From Carcharhinus longimanus (lineage: Eukaryota), in the NCBI GenBank assembly GCA_030264375.1, contig JASCQW010000156.1, positions 21,296,072 through 21,360,071 of the forward strand: DNA of 64,000 nt, read 5' to 3'. The notes under the pieces were generated by a model. That model was not told where the DNA came from. It saw only the letters and a list, made by a program, of their open reading frames with translations, and did not search any database. Shown piece by piece: positions 1-12,279 of this stretch. The first letter of the stretch is position 1; each line of letters begins with the position of its first letter. The translations under genes and the position numbers were made by a program.

Positions 1-146
1 AAGGAAATCTGCCATCCTTACCTGGTCTGGCCTACATGTGACTCCAGAGCCACAGCAATGTGGTTAACTCTCAACTGGCCTTGGGCAACTAGGGATGGGC
101 AATAAATACTGGCCAGCCAACAACGCCCAAGTCCCACAAATGAATT
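1..146 (+). mobile_element. 3' half of tRNA-derived SINE (family C, tail gatgggcaataaatgctggccagcc...)
   Basis: Homologous to the copy at 30100-30460. Confidence 0.75.
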
Positions 147-1290
147 AAGGAGAATATTGTCCATCCTTAGTTGCTCGTAGGAAAGGAGGGTAATGGAAGA
201 AACGTAGCAGAGAATTTGAACCCATGTAGAGCATCAATAGATGCTGATTGGGCCAAGGGGCCTAATTCCATGTTGTGAATTCAATTTAATTTGGGAAGTC
301 ACACTGGGCTTCTCCCAATTTATAATCTCACCCCTTGGAAAAAAGAATGGATGAATTTGTTTAGGGAAGACCTGCCCCTACTAAATTCACAATGGCTGCC
401 ATTTATTGGGCTATTGTCATGTAGGTCCTGTTCCAAATGGATAACCTTAGAGTTCCAGTTACTGAGATTTAACAAATGCAACTTTGATGACCAGGAATTG
501 TTCCACTAAGAGAGTCAGTACAGGCTCGATGGGCCGAATTGCCTCTTCTCGCTGTAGGCATTCTACGATTCTAATGGGGTCCTGGTTACCAATTCTGGCC
601 GTATTAGGCATTTCCACTCCATTCATTGACTCTTTCAGCACTTCACAAATTTCCTGGGATCCATACCACAGGACTGGCCAGCAGCACAGAAAATAAATCT
701 AAATCCTTACACAAAGCAACATCGAAATTACTTTTAATTGTTTTTTTTTCTCCGACACATTTTCACATTCACCTGTTCCATATTTTTCTGCATTTCGTGC
801 CTTCAAGCCCACCTCATCCTTACACATTTCACACACAAGTTCCACAAGATAACAAAATCAGCACTAGTGAGAAAGGAGTTAACAATTAACAGGCATTGGA
901 ACAGCTCATGTACCCCTCTTTACCTGATCTCTCGCACAGCAGGCAGGATTGTACAGGTACCCGAGAGTTGGAGACACACGGGCAACCAGCTTGTTCTGGA
1001 CATTCACCGTACTTTCCTATGGTGGAGGGGGGGAGAGAGAGGAAGTGGGCAATCGAAGGTTATTAGTTTCGGGACATTGCATGTGGGCTGTGTGGAGTGG
1101 CTTTCCAGCACAGCCTGCTCGCGTTCTGACTAACCAATTCCACCTACTGCCCTCAAGAGTCCAGCTCTCACTGTTAGGTACAAATTCCAGCCTCACTTAA
1201 ATCTCCTGGGCACTGGCAGAGACTGGAGCAGGACTGGCGTGTACCAACCTGCCAGCTCAAAGGGGTTAAGATTAGGGACGATTCCTGCAC

Positions 1291-1385
1291 AGGGGAAGGG
1301 AGGGAGGGAAGGAGGGGAGGGCAGGAAGGAGGGGAGGGCAGGAAGGAGGGGAGGGCAGGAAGGAGGGGCGGGACGGGAGATGGGT
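1291..1385 (+). repeat. Purine-rich (GGA/GGGA) low-complexity tract, G-quadruplex/triplex-prone
   Basis: ggggaagggagggagggaaggaggggagggcaggaagg... with repeated gagggcaggaaggagg units. Confidence 0.8.
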
Positions 1386-1443
1386 TTTAAGGGACGAGGC
1401 AATTTAATAGCTCTCACTTTTAACTACACAAAATAATTACAAA

Positions 1444-1449
1444 TTTATT
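1444..1449 (-). terminator. Candidate TMEM240 polyadenylation signal AATAAA
   Basis: tttatt on + in an AT-rich patch about 0.9 kb past the stop. A second ATTAAA lies at 1403-1408, with a pyrimidine-rich tract downstream. Confidence 0.5.
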
Positions 1450-2377
1450 AAAAATGTCCAGTTCCTTGTGTTGTGTTATTAAACTTGAATAAAGGAGGAG
1501 CCGTGGGAATTTATATTTTTAATGATGGTGAGCTGTACAGAGTACTGTAGACTCGTAAATCTTTACACTTTTCCTTGGGTAACAACCTGCACATTTCTGA
1601 CTTGTATCGATTGGGGTGGGGTGGTTCTGTGACCTGATTTTGGCCTCGATCCTCTTGCTCAGTGATGCATGTCCTCTCGTATTACTAGAAACCGTAGCAA
1701 TTTCAGATCTGAACCTTCCCGCTTTCAAATAAAAAGATTCCCGGGTGTCTGTCTGAGAACTGAAAAAGACATCTGGGTTTGGGGGAGGGGGGGGGGGGGG
1801 GGGGGTGGAGGCGGGGGGGGGGGGGCGGGGCGGNNNNNNNNNNNNNNNNNNNNNNNNNNNNNNNNNNNNNNNNNNNNNNNNNNNNNNNNNNNNNNNNNNN
1901 NNNNNNNNNNNNNNNNNNNNNNNNNNNNNNNNNNNNNNNNNNNNNNNNNNNNNNNNNNNNNNNNNNNNNNNNNNNNNNNNNNNNNNNNNNNNNNNNNNNN
2001 NNNNNNNNNNNNNNNNNNNNNNNNNNNNNNNNNNNNNNNNNNNNNNNNNNNNNNNNNNNNNNNNNNNNNNNNNNNNNNNNNNNNNNNNNNNNAAACAAGA
2101 CAGGATGGTTCGCAAAGAAGTTAAAAACCAGATTACCAGTGATTCATCTCCGAGCATCTCTTGGTCTACGTACTCAGATAAGAAAAGATTACAGAGAAGC
2201 AGCCGCTGAGGGCAGTAACCCCAGGGGGTATTTACAGAACGTACAGGTCACTCCGGCTGCCTGAGGGCAGCCACCACCTCGTCGTTGGAGCAGTGTTTGT
2301 TTTTGATCCGGTTTGAAAAGGGTTCGGAGTTTCCACAGGCTCCCAGTTGTGAGTCCCAGCCTACTGGCGGTCGAAGG

Positions 2378-2551
<174 letters not shown>

Positions 2552-2843
2552 TTAGAGAGAAGTGTCTATGAGTCTGTGTGTATTCCTTAACACAACTAAA
2601 CCCACCCTCGCACATAGTACCACGGCCTTATCCAGATTCACTGCACCCAGTGTCCGAGTTAATGACTCAATCCGGAGTNNNNNNNNNNNNNNNNNNNNNN
2701 NNNNNNNNNNNNNNNNNNNNNNNNNNNNNNNNNNNNNNNNNNNNNNNNNNNNNNNNNNNNNNNNNNNNNNNNNNNNNNCACTGGGGGGAGGCCGGGGGTG
2801 ACCCTGGAGTAGCGGGGGGGGGGGGGCGGGTGGTGGTGACTTA

Positions 2844-3017
<174 letters not shown>

Positions 3018-3116
3018 TCAGTCACACACACTGCCCGCCGCCAGCCCCATGCAAATTACCGCAACACACAGCATGCAGCAGGCGGCAGAGCCGGGCGGCC
3101 GGGCCGGCCTCCTTAC

Positions 3117-3173
3117 CATCACCATGGACGTCCCCACGAACATGAAGATCATGGTGTTAGCGGTGAGGAGCAT
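3117..3173 (-). CDS. TMEM240: TMEM240 coding exon 1 (MLLTANTMIFMFVGTSMVM)
   Basis: ATG at 3173, 57 nt, followed by a GTAAGG donor. Resembles the TMEM240 N-terminus as recalled (MSMSANTMIFMILGASVVM). Confidence 0.93.
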
Positions 3174-3894
3174 AAATGGCACTGTCTGCTTCCTCCTGTC
3201 CGGCTCCCCGGGCACCGCTCACTGCCTGGCCGCTCTCCCCTGCTCCCTGTCCCGGGAGAGTGTGGCCAGTCCTCCCGCAAGCTGGAACCTTCCTGCCGGT
3301 GCCTCCCTCCCATCCACCCAGCCAGCCAGCCCCCTCCACCCTCCCTCACACTCTCACCCTCGTGTGTGCAGCCCCTTCCCCAGCTCCCACCCTCCCCCCT
3401 GGACACCCTCACATGCGCCACATTGCTGCCGAGGCTCCGCTTCCTGCCGCAGTTACAAATTGATCCGCCCCACGGTCGATAAATAATTCAGAGGCAGGGC
3501 TTGGGATGGGGAGAGGGAGGGGTGCAGCAGAGCATGGGGTAACAGCACCAGCCTGGCAAGGGGTTTAGGAAGGAAGGGAGAATTCCCCCCTCTCCCCCTT
3601 TTCAGGGGGGGTCTACATCGAGCCCTGTTCTTGCTGACATTGCAGCCTGGGCTCTGTCTCTGTGTATGTATGTGTGTGTGTTGCTGCCACTTTGTATGCA
3701 CTGCCACATCTCTCCTCCCCAACATTTAAATTTGATCCCACAAATATTTAGTCATAGGCATTTTCTCCACGCCCCCCCACCCACAAAAGGCCTCCGTTGT
3801 TCACCCCCCCCCCAAAAAAAAACAAAGTGAAATGAGACCATTGGAGCAATAAACACACAAGGGGGCTGGTCTCTTGTTCTGACCAAGGGTTTTT

Positions 3895-3900
3895 TTTAAT
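3895..3900 (-). terminator. Candidate SSU72 polyadenylation signal ATTAAA
   Basis: About 175 nt after the SSU72 stop, followed 35-50 nt later by a GU/U-rich element (TTGTGTGTTTATTG on minus, about 3860-3847). Confidence 0.55.
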
Positions 3901-4073
3901 GAAGCTTCATATTCGATACACTTTGCGCCATCGTCAGATAGAGACTCGGTTCTACAAGAGAGATTCATTGGGACACATTACAGGACCAGCGCCGAGCAGC
4001 GATTCAAACTTAAAATAGACTATAAATTATATACAGATTAGCACTGCAGAGCCCACCGCCCCTTCCCCTCTCC

Positions 4074-4147
4074 TCAGTAGAAGCAGACGGTGTGAAGGAA
4101 GGTCCGGCCGCTCTTTTCCTCCAGCTCCTGGATCAGCTCGTCAATCT
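4074..4147 (-). CDS. SSU72: SSU72 last coding exon, 5' end hidden in gap (IDELIQELEEKSGRTFLHTVCFY*)
   Basis: Matches the SSU72 C-terminus EEKSGRTFLHTVCFY, with TGA at 4074-4076. Truncated by the N gap starting at 4148. Confidence 0.95.
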
Positions 4148-4954
4148 NNNNNNNNNNNNNNNNNNNNNNNNNNNNNNNNNNNNNNNNNNNNNNNNNNNNN
4201 NNNNNNNNNNNNNNNNNNNNNNNNNNNNNNNNNNNNNNNNNNNNNNNNNNNNNGTGTGCTGGCAAGAGAGGGGAGAGGAACCAAGGACTTGGTTCCATTT
4301 AGGAAGTGATATTGGGACAATGTCAACTCATTCATTACCTATTCTCTACTCCAAAATTGGTTCAACCAATTTTGATTGGTTGGTTAAAAGAAACTCGGGT
4401 GATTCAAGACTTTTATGGAAACTAGCCTGCTCCTGGATAAATGTATTAAAACCCACCAGCTACTAAATGATTTCAAGAAAAAATAGATATATTTTTTGAT
4501 TTTAAAATGGGTTAAAGGGATATGAGGAACAGGTGGGGAGGTGGATTTGAGACCAGGAAGAGATCAGCCATGATCTGATTGACAGAACAGGCTCAAGAAG
4601 CTGAATTTGCCCATTTCTGCTCTTAATTCCCATGTTCTAACAATACTAAATTTCACCTCCAGATTTGCCAGCTCAGGGTGAGGGCTTTGGCTTTCTCCCC
4701 AGTGTCACCCTCACACCAACCACAATCACAGGGAGCACCCTCACAGTTCCCAGCGCCAACTCCCATTCAAGGGAACGCTCGATTCCAAATAAGGCTCCTG
4801 ACCCAAAGCCACAGAGCAGAGCTTCAGGCAGGTCAATGGCCTGGCCTAACCTCCAACAGCAACCCTCTCCTCTTTTAATCAGAAAACCTGCCCTTCCGTC
4901 TGCAATTCCCACTCAGTGCTAGATGTGATGACCAGAGCCACCAGCACTGGTCAT

Positions 4955-5250
4955 GGGCAGCATGGTGGCTAGCACTGCTGCCTTATCGTGCCAGGTTTGA
5001 TTCCTGGCTTGGGTCATGGTGTGGAATTTGCATGTTCTCCCCATGTCAGCGTGGGTTTCCTCCGGGTGCTCCAGTTTGCTCCCACAGTCCAAAGATGTGT
5101 GAAGTAAGGTGGGTTGGCCATGCTAAATTATCAGGGAGACTAGCTAGGGTAAATGCATGGGGTTGTTGGGATGGGGCCTGGGTGGGATTATAGTCAGTAC
5201 AGACTCAATGGGCCGAATGGTCTTTTCTGCACTGTACAGATTCTATGATT
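4955..5250 (+). mobile_element. HE1/V-SINE with CR1-type tail (tail a)
   Basis: tRNA-like head, V-domain core (gtgggtttcctccgggtgctcc...cccacagtccaaagatgtg) and tail gggccgaatgg...ctgcactgta...ttctatgatt. Confidence 0.85.
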
Positions 5251-5544
5251 CCTCCCCTTTCTCCACTCCATCTCAAAAGATTTAGAACATTAAACTGTGG
5301 CAACACAGCAACAGTTTAAAGTGCAAAAGATCACAAATACAAGCTCATTCCTGAAAGTTTCAGGAGAGCTAGATTATTTTTTGTTTCATAGACAGGAAAA
5401 GAATCCGTCACAGTCTAGGTAAAAACGATCAGATTTTGAGCCTCATCCCACCTCTCCACAGTCATGCTATGATTATAAACTACTAGGTCAAAATTAATAC
5501 TACTGAGATATTAGCCCTCAGAGTTCATCATTCATACATTAAAG

Positions 5545-6078
5545 GTGTGGGGTTTAGGTTGATTGGCCATGCTAAATTTGATTTGACTTGTCACATTAGT
5601 GAAAAGTATTGTTTCTTTCACACTAAATAGACAAACCTTTCAGAGAAGGACAGAGTGCAGAATGTAGTGTTACAGTCACAGCTAGGGTGTAGAAAAGGGT
5701 CAACTTAATAAGGTAGGTCCATTCAAAAGTCTGATGGCAGTAGGGAAGAAGCTGTTCTTGTGCCGGTTGGTAAGCGACCTCAGACTTTTGCATCTTCTTC
5801 CTGATGAAGGTGGTGGAAAAACGAGTATCTGGGGTGTGCGGGATCCTTGATTATGCTGGCTGCTTTTGAGGCAGCGGCAAGAGTAGACAAAGTCAATGGA
5901 TGGGAGGCTGGTTTTGCTTAATGGACTGGGCTTCGTTCACGACCCTTAATTGACCCTTGTGTAAGGGGGATTAGCAGGGTAAATAAATAGGGTTACGGGA
6001 ATAGGGCTTGGCAGGGATTGTCGTCAGTGCAGACTCAAAGGGCCCAATGGCCTCATTCTGTACTGTAGGGATCCTATG
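5545..6078 (+). mobile_element. 5'-truncated V-SINE (tail a) split by a LINE insertion at 5578-5947
   Basis: The SINE sequence stops at ...ccatgctaaatt and resumes at aattgacccttgtg. Confidence 0.75.
5578..5947 (-). mobile_element. 3' end of Rex1/Babar-like LINE
   Basis: The reverse strand reads ...aacagcttcttccctactgccatcagacttttgaatggac..., a Rex1-like RT end, and is homologous to 26993-27397. Confidence 0.65.
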
Positions 6079-6550
6079 AAATCATGTTTGAAATGGGGAT
6101 TATTTAATTGCTGGAGCACTGAGCTGCAGCAGCTTAGTGCAACAGCCAAGTTTTTTTTTGGGGGGGGCGGGGGGTTCAATTCATGTGTGTTAGGGCTTCT
6201 CAGAACATTACCAAGAGAAGGGGATATAGAAGCGCTATGTGCTTCCCCACAGTGGTAAAGGAGAATCACACCTCCAACACAGGCCACTGTCCTATGTCAT
6301 GGCAATAGGCTCAGTGGTACTGGTGCACAGCTGGCAGCAAATCAGGGTCAGCCATGCTGAGGGGTGGGAAGTTCCCCTTCCAGCAAACGTAACCCCATTG
6401 ATCACGCTCTCGCCCGAGGCATAAAGTTTGGGGTTTGAGTCGCAGCCCCATGACCCGAATAGCGAGGGAACGCTGTACTACTGAAGATTCAATCTTTTGA
6501 AGGAAACACTGAGGCTCAATCTGCTTCCTCAGGTGTACAAAAGAGACTAT

Positions 6551-7503
6551 GGGGCAGCACGGTNNNNNNNNNNNNNNNNNNNNNNNNNNNNNNNNNNNNN
6601 NNNNNNNNNNNNNNNNNNNNNNNNNNNNNNNNNNNNNNNNNNNNNNNNNNNNNNNNNNNNNNNNNNNNNNNNNNNNNNNNNNNNNNNNNNNNNNNNNNNN
6701 NNNNNNNNNNNNNNNNNNNNNNNNNNNNNNNNNNNNNNNNNNNNNNNNNNNNNNNNNNNNNNNNNNNNNNNNNNNNNNNNNNNNNNNNNNNNNNNNNNNN
6801 NNNNNNNNNNNNNNNNNNNNNNNNNNNNNNNNNNNNNNNNNNNNNNNNNNNNNNNNNNNNNNNNNNNNNNNNNNNNNNNNNNNNNNNNNNNNNNNNNNNN
6901 NNNNNNNNNNNNNNNNNNNNNNNNNNNNNNNNNNNNNNNNNNNNNNNNNNNNNNNNNNNNNNNNNNNNNNNNNNNNNNNNNNNNNNNNNNNNNNNNNNNN
7001 NNNNNNNNNNNNNNNNNNNNNNNNNNNNNNNNNNNNNNNNNNNNNNNNNNNNNNNNNNNNNNNNNNNNNNNNNNNNNNNNNNNNNNNNNNNNNNNNNNNN
7101 NNNNNNNNNNNNNNNNNNNNNNNNNNNNNNNNNNNNNNNNNNNNNNNNNNNNNNNNNNNNNNNNNNNNNNNNNNNNNNNNNNNNNNNNNNNNNNNNNNNN
7201 NNNNNNNNNNNNNNNNNNNNNNNNNNNNNNNNNNNNNNNNNNNNNNNNNNNNNNNNNNNNNNNNNNNNNNNNNNNNNNNNNNNNNNNNNNNNNNNNNNNN
7301 NNNNNNNNNNNNNNNNNNNNNNNNNNNNNNNNNNNNNNNNNNNNNNNNNNNNNNNNNNNNNNNNNNNNNNNNNNNNNNNNNNNNNNNNNNNNNNNNNNNN
7401 NNNNAGGGATATGGGGGTAGGGCCTGGGTGGGATTGCAGTCGGTGCAGACTCGATGGGCCAAATAGCATCTTTCTGCATTGTAGGGTTTCTATGATTCTA
7501 TGG
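6551..7503 (+). mobile_element. V-SINE head and tail flanking an assembly gap
   Basis: ggggcagcacggt before the gap and tail a after it. May represent two copies. Confidence 0.65.
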
Positions 7504-7505
7504 AG

Positions 7506-7778
7506 TTTTAAGTTGATTTATTAGTGTCACAAATAGGTTTACATTAACACTGCAATGAAATTACTGTGAAAGTCCCCTAGTCACCACACTCCGGCACCTG
7601 TTCGGGTACAGAGGGAGAATTTAGCACAGCCAATGTACCTAACCAGCACATCTTTCGGACTGTGGGAGGAAACCAGAGCTTCTGGAGGAAACCCACGTAG
7701 ATTCCACACAGTGACCCAAGCCAGGAATTGAACCTGGGTCCCAGCACGGAGGTAGCAGTGATAATCACTGTGCCACCC
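7506..7778 (-). mobile_element. V-SINE with alternative tail b
   Basis: V-domain core plus tail ...cagtaatttcattgcagtgttaatgtaaacctatttgtgacactaataaat. Confidence 0.85.
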
Positions 7779-7789
7779 TAATAGTACAG

Positions 7790-8870
7790 TGGATGGAAAG
7801 TATTGGATTTTCAAAAAGCATTTGATCTCAGATATCAGACAAAAAGTTATTACACAAAATTAGGGCTCAAAGGTCTAAAATATTAACAGAAACTGAGGAT
7901 TGACTCTCAGAAAAAAATAAATGGGATAAGCATGCCATTCTTGGGGTGGCAGACTCTATCCAGTGGGGATATCGCAAAGGTCAGAATGACTTGGACAAGA
8001 GGATGGAGTGTATTGTATCCTAGTTTGATGATACAAACATGTGGGAAAGTAAGTTGTATGAAAGATGCAGGGAGAGGCTGTCAAGGGATGGAGACAGGTT
8101 AATTGAATGGGCAAAGAACAGGACAAGTGAAATATGTCTAGAAGTGTAAAGTACTTTGGAAGGAAAATGGAAAAGTAGAACTTATTTTGAATGGAATGAC
8201 TGGGAATGTTGGTGACAGCTAGACGTCCCTGTACAGGAATCAAAGTTAATAAAATGAGGTGCAGTGAGCAATTAGGGAAGAAAATGGTATGCTAGCCTTT
8301 ATTAAAAATGGATTGAAGAGTGAAGAAGTCTTACTGCAATTCGGTAGGAACCTTAGTGAGACCACACCTGAAGCACTGTGTACAGTTTTAATCGCCTTAT
8401 CAAATGACTGAAATGCTGGCTTTGGCACAAATGCAGTGGAAACTCATTAGACTGTAGGAATGATCCTCTTAAGGACAGACTCAGTACACTTGCATTATAT
8501 TGTCTGAAATTTAGGAGAATGAGAGGTGATCTCATTGAAACATGGGTAGGGTAGATACTGCATGGAGGTTTCCCCTGACTGACTAGCAAGTCTAGAACTA
8601 GGAGTTAGTCACAGAATTGGGTCAGCCATTTAGAACTGAGATGAGGAGAAACCTCTTCATGCAGAAGGTTGTGGAACTTTGGAATTCCCTATCTGAGGGA
8701 GCTGTGGATACTCAACTGTTGAATATAGAGATTGCTAGAATTCTGTGATACCAAGGTGATATGGGGATAGTTTGGGGGTGCAATTGAGATAGTTCAGCCA
8801 TGATCTCATGGAATGGTGAAGCAAGCTCAAAAGGAACAAATGACTAACTCCCCTTCCTTTTCTTCTGTTC
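7790..8870 (+). mobile_element. Decayed CR1 LINE 3' fragment
   Basis: Frameshifted RT remnants (LDFQKAFD-like at about 7800, LVRPHL-like at about 8355) and a CR1 3' UTR. Confidence 0.8.
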
Positions 8871-10332
8871 TTATTGCAATATTGAGTGCCAATCTGCAAT
8901 GGATTTGATAAATACATCTTGCTCAAAGACACCCAGTAGGAAGTGAATTCTAAGATGTCCTACAACTGAGCAATATTTTTTCCCTTCAGAAAGTGTCTAG
9001 ATTTCCAATTGAAAGTGCAGGAGTTTGTCTAAAACCACTCTGAGCAATCAAGCTTCAAAGAACCACATCCTGTTCATCATTGCAAGGTGAGCAGGGAATG
9101 AACGCAGCTGGGGACGGAGGGTAATGCTTAGCAGAGTTGTAAAATGTCATCACAACTGTCCTTTGCGTGGATTAAGCTCAAGAACGGTTCTTTTCTGGGT
9201 GTTATTCCACAACATGGACACCATTTGGTGACAGGATACTTGCTACTCTATGAATCTTGCTCCATGTTTAGACTCTTATCCATAGTTCCACAAAATTCAG
9301 CATTAGACTCCATCACTTGTCCAGTTTCTGAGATTTTGGGGTCAACATCTCCACACTCTGATTATAAATCAAACCATTTATAACCTTATGTTAAATGTTG
9401 CTGTATAGAATCCATCCAAACCCATCTCCTGTAACAGTAAAAAGCTGCATAGGCTGGGCAACGAAAGTGAAAGGAGAGCCAAACTTCAGAAAGGACTTGG
9501 TATTTTAGAAAAANNNNNNNNNNNNNNNNNNNNNNNNNNNNNNNNNNNNNNNNNNNNNNNNNNNNNNNNNNNNNNNNNNNNNNNNNNNNNNNNNNNNNNN
9601 NNNNNNNNNNNNNTTTGGGTTTTGTAGGATAAGTTGGTTCTGACGGCCATCTTGACTCAGCTTGGCCCCAAAAGTTAATCAGTTGTAGACGTGCATCCAA
9701 GGATTACTTCCTGTGAGTTTCATTAAACCCTACCCAATAATTCTGTAAAATCCTTTGAAAATAAAAACAGGCAACTGCATCCTCACCAACATTTTTTGGT
9801 AGCAGCAATTTTAGAAAAAATGTTATACATGGAGTCACTTCAACATTTTAGCACCAACATTATCTTAACTGATTCGCTCGGGAATCAAACTTGCACTTGC
9901 CAGGGAAACAACTGCAGGAGTGACATAGCTGTAACAGGAGTCTTGTACACAAAATCCTCATGTGGTGCACCGACTCAACAGTAATTAGAATTGACACCAG
10001 CCAGTCTTTCAAAAGTTGCTTAATTTCTATAGACTGTTCCCCACTCCAGCCATGGAAGTCTCCTGTAGCACGCAGAAAACTGCGAGTTGCAAAGCATGTT
10101 CCACATTCACAACTCCATTGGGTGACAGTAACTATGCAAAATTCTTACACAATCTGCACTGCAACATGAACAAAGTGTGGCAGTGTTCAGAAAACCAATA
10201 CATTCACCTGTAAACATTTGTCTGGGTAACAGTAGATCCCATTTGGAGGCATGGTGGGGTGTTATTCAGTGCTGCACATTGTTTCATAAGCTTTCCCAGT
10301 TCTCCCAATACACAAAAGGTGCAAAGACTTAC

Positions 10333-10451
10333 ACATTGGCACAGTTCACAAATGAGGAAAGCTCCGATTGTGGCTTCTTCATGATTATCCTGAATGTCCA
10401 CGTTTATGACATGTACTGACTGGAATGTCTCCTGTTCCCTCGAGTTCAGAT
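10333..10451 (-). CDS. SSU72: SSU72 exon 4 ((D)LNSREQETFQSVHVINVDIQDNHEEATIGAFLICELCQC)
   Basis: 119 nt, TTTCCCAG acceptor and GTAAGT donor. Contains the DIQDNHEEA motif of the RNA Pol II CTD phosphatase SSU72. Confidence 0.97.
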
Positions 10452-10541
10452 CTGGGAAATCATAACATGGGGCATCAGCAAACCACTTTTCACAAGCAGC
10501 TAGGTCAAAGGGTTGGCGAACACAAGGGATGACCTTTTTAC

Positions 10542-10681
10542 CTTCAAGCACCTGATCGTATACACGCTCCTCACAGGTCACTATTAGATCAAACTGGTCT
10601 TTGCAGGTCTGGAAACGCTCCGGTCGAGATTTTATCCGCTTGTTTCTGTCCAACATGTGGAGAATTCCATTCTGTGTATAT
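10542..10681 (-). CDS. SSU72: SSU72 exon 3 (YTQNGILHMLDRNKRIKSRPERFQTCKDQFDLIVTCEERVYDQVLE)
   Basis: 140 nt, TGCAG acceptor and GTAAAA donor. Strong match to the SSU72 peptide and phase-compatible with exon 4. Confidence 0.97.
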
Positions 10682-10691
10682 CTGCACTGAG

Positions 10692-10700
10692 GTCAAGGAA
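10692..10700 (-). promoter_or_regulatory. U12-type (minor spliceosome) branch point TTCCTTGAC
   Basis: Matches the TTCCTTRAC consensus, with the branch A 11 nt from the AG acceptor and no polypyrimidine tract. Confidence 0.88.
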
Positions 10701-10729
10701 CTTAATGTACACATGATATTAACTATAAA

Positions 10730-11135
10730 TTTCGACTTGCATGAATGAGTGCAGCTCCAACAACATTCAAAAACCCATTACAAAGTAGCCTGCTTGTTTG
10801 GCACCCCGTCCACCACCCATGCAGTGATAGCAGTGTGTCCAATCTATAAGATGCACTGTTGCAATTCACTAAAAAACTTCTTTGGCAATATTTTCCAAAG
10901 TCATGACCAAGCACAAGGGCAGCATCTCAGCTGCAAGTTTCCCCCTAAGCCCCACACTGTCCCGACTTGGAACAATAGCTCCATTCCTTCACTGTTGCTG
11001 GGTCAAAATCCTGGAACTCCCTTACTGAGTGTACCCACAACACGTGGGCTGCAGTACTTCAAGATGACGGCTGACTACCACCTTTGAGGGTGATAAATGC
11101 TGGCCTAGCCAGCAACACTCAGATCCCTTGAAAAA
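10730..11135 (+). mobile_element. 3' end of second LINE family (family L-B)
   Basis: Ends in gataaatgctggcctagccagcaacactcagatccc(A)n. The same tail occurs at about 29600, 49240 and 54830. Confidence 0.75.
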
Positions 11136-11309
11136 AATTGAAGAGGATCTGCATTTGCCATAACCCAAGCTTGTATGCAAGACAAAGTCAAGCTAATCTC
11201 ATCCATTCAAATCTTCAAATCACAGCTCTGGGCCAAATAAAGGGGCAGAAGTTCCTACCAGATGGCTTGGATTTGCTTGATCGCTTTAAGCATACAAAAT
11301 ATATAATGT

Positions 11310-11465
11310 TTTGTTCACAAAACGTAGGCAGCGCTGGCTGGCCAGCATTTATTACCTAAGCCCACAAGAAGATGGTGGGCTGAGCCATCTTGAACCGCTG
11401 CAGTCCATGTGGTTTGATACACTCAGTGCTGCTAAGAAGGGAGTTCCAGGATTTTGACCCCACGA
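11310..11465 (-). mobile_element. Short inverted 3' fragment of LINE family L-B
   Basis: Reverse complement of 11000-11120. Confidence 0.75.
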
Positions 11466-12279
11466 TAACAATAGAACTGATTTCATGCAGGAAACTCTCA
11501 CAAAAGTAATAAACAGTTTTGTTCAAGAGTCTCAAGGATAAGTCACAAGCCTGCACAGTGTATGGCATGGGGGAGTGACACTAATGGAGTGCCTTGGCCC
11601 AGAAGCTGCAACAGGGATGAACTACATTTCTTATTGTAATCATCCACCACTGTGATGTTTAAGGTTTAAGCAGAGGGGAGGTTTTTTTTAAAAAATATTT
11701 TCTCCACAACTCCCGACAGAAAAACTGCTTTCAAATCTCAAAGTTTTAAAAATGGAAAGAAAATTCAATCCCAATTAAACTAAAAGCAACCTTTTGTAGA
11801 ACCAAAACTTCTGCCTCAGTTTTCAGGCTACGACACTCAAAATTGGTCATTACAAACAATAATAAACACAGGCTGGAATGCTGCAGTCAGAGATAGGTTA
11901 CAGCATGGACGGCTTGAAGGTTTGATTATTGCTGTGGACAGGGTTTTATGAAACCAGCAAGATAAATTATCACTGGTACTTAATGATACAGAAGCGTATG
12001 AACGAATACTTAGATGAACGCATTCCATTTGGGATCAAGCTAAAAGGTCAGTCATACGGTCACAAAATTACTGACCAGATCTCCCCCCGCAACAGCTCAG
12101 ATCACTAGAAAGTGGCTTCAGTTTGTAAATGAGTATTGTGATTTCAGTTCTCCTCTAACGTCCTCTAAATGAGGGTTACCTGGCTGAGGGACTTCCTATT
12201 AACCATCACATACTCTGGACACCTGCCATTGAACTAAACTTTCTATCCAAAAAAATTTAAGTACTAGGGTTTTAAGCTA

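Noticed and set aside
2679-2778. Apparent loss of TMEM240 exon 3
   Set aside because: It coincides with a 100-N placeholder gap. The flanking exons are intact and their phases require the missing exon.
6311-7479. ORFs of 300+ aa in the ORF track
   Set aside because: Almost entirely N-derived X residues. The same applies at 1519-2264 and 33749-34473.
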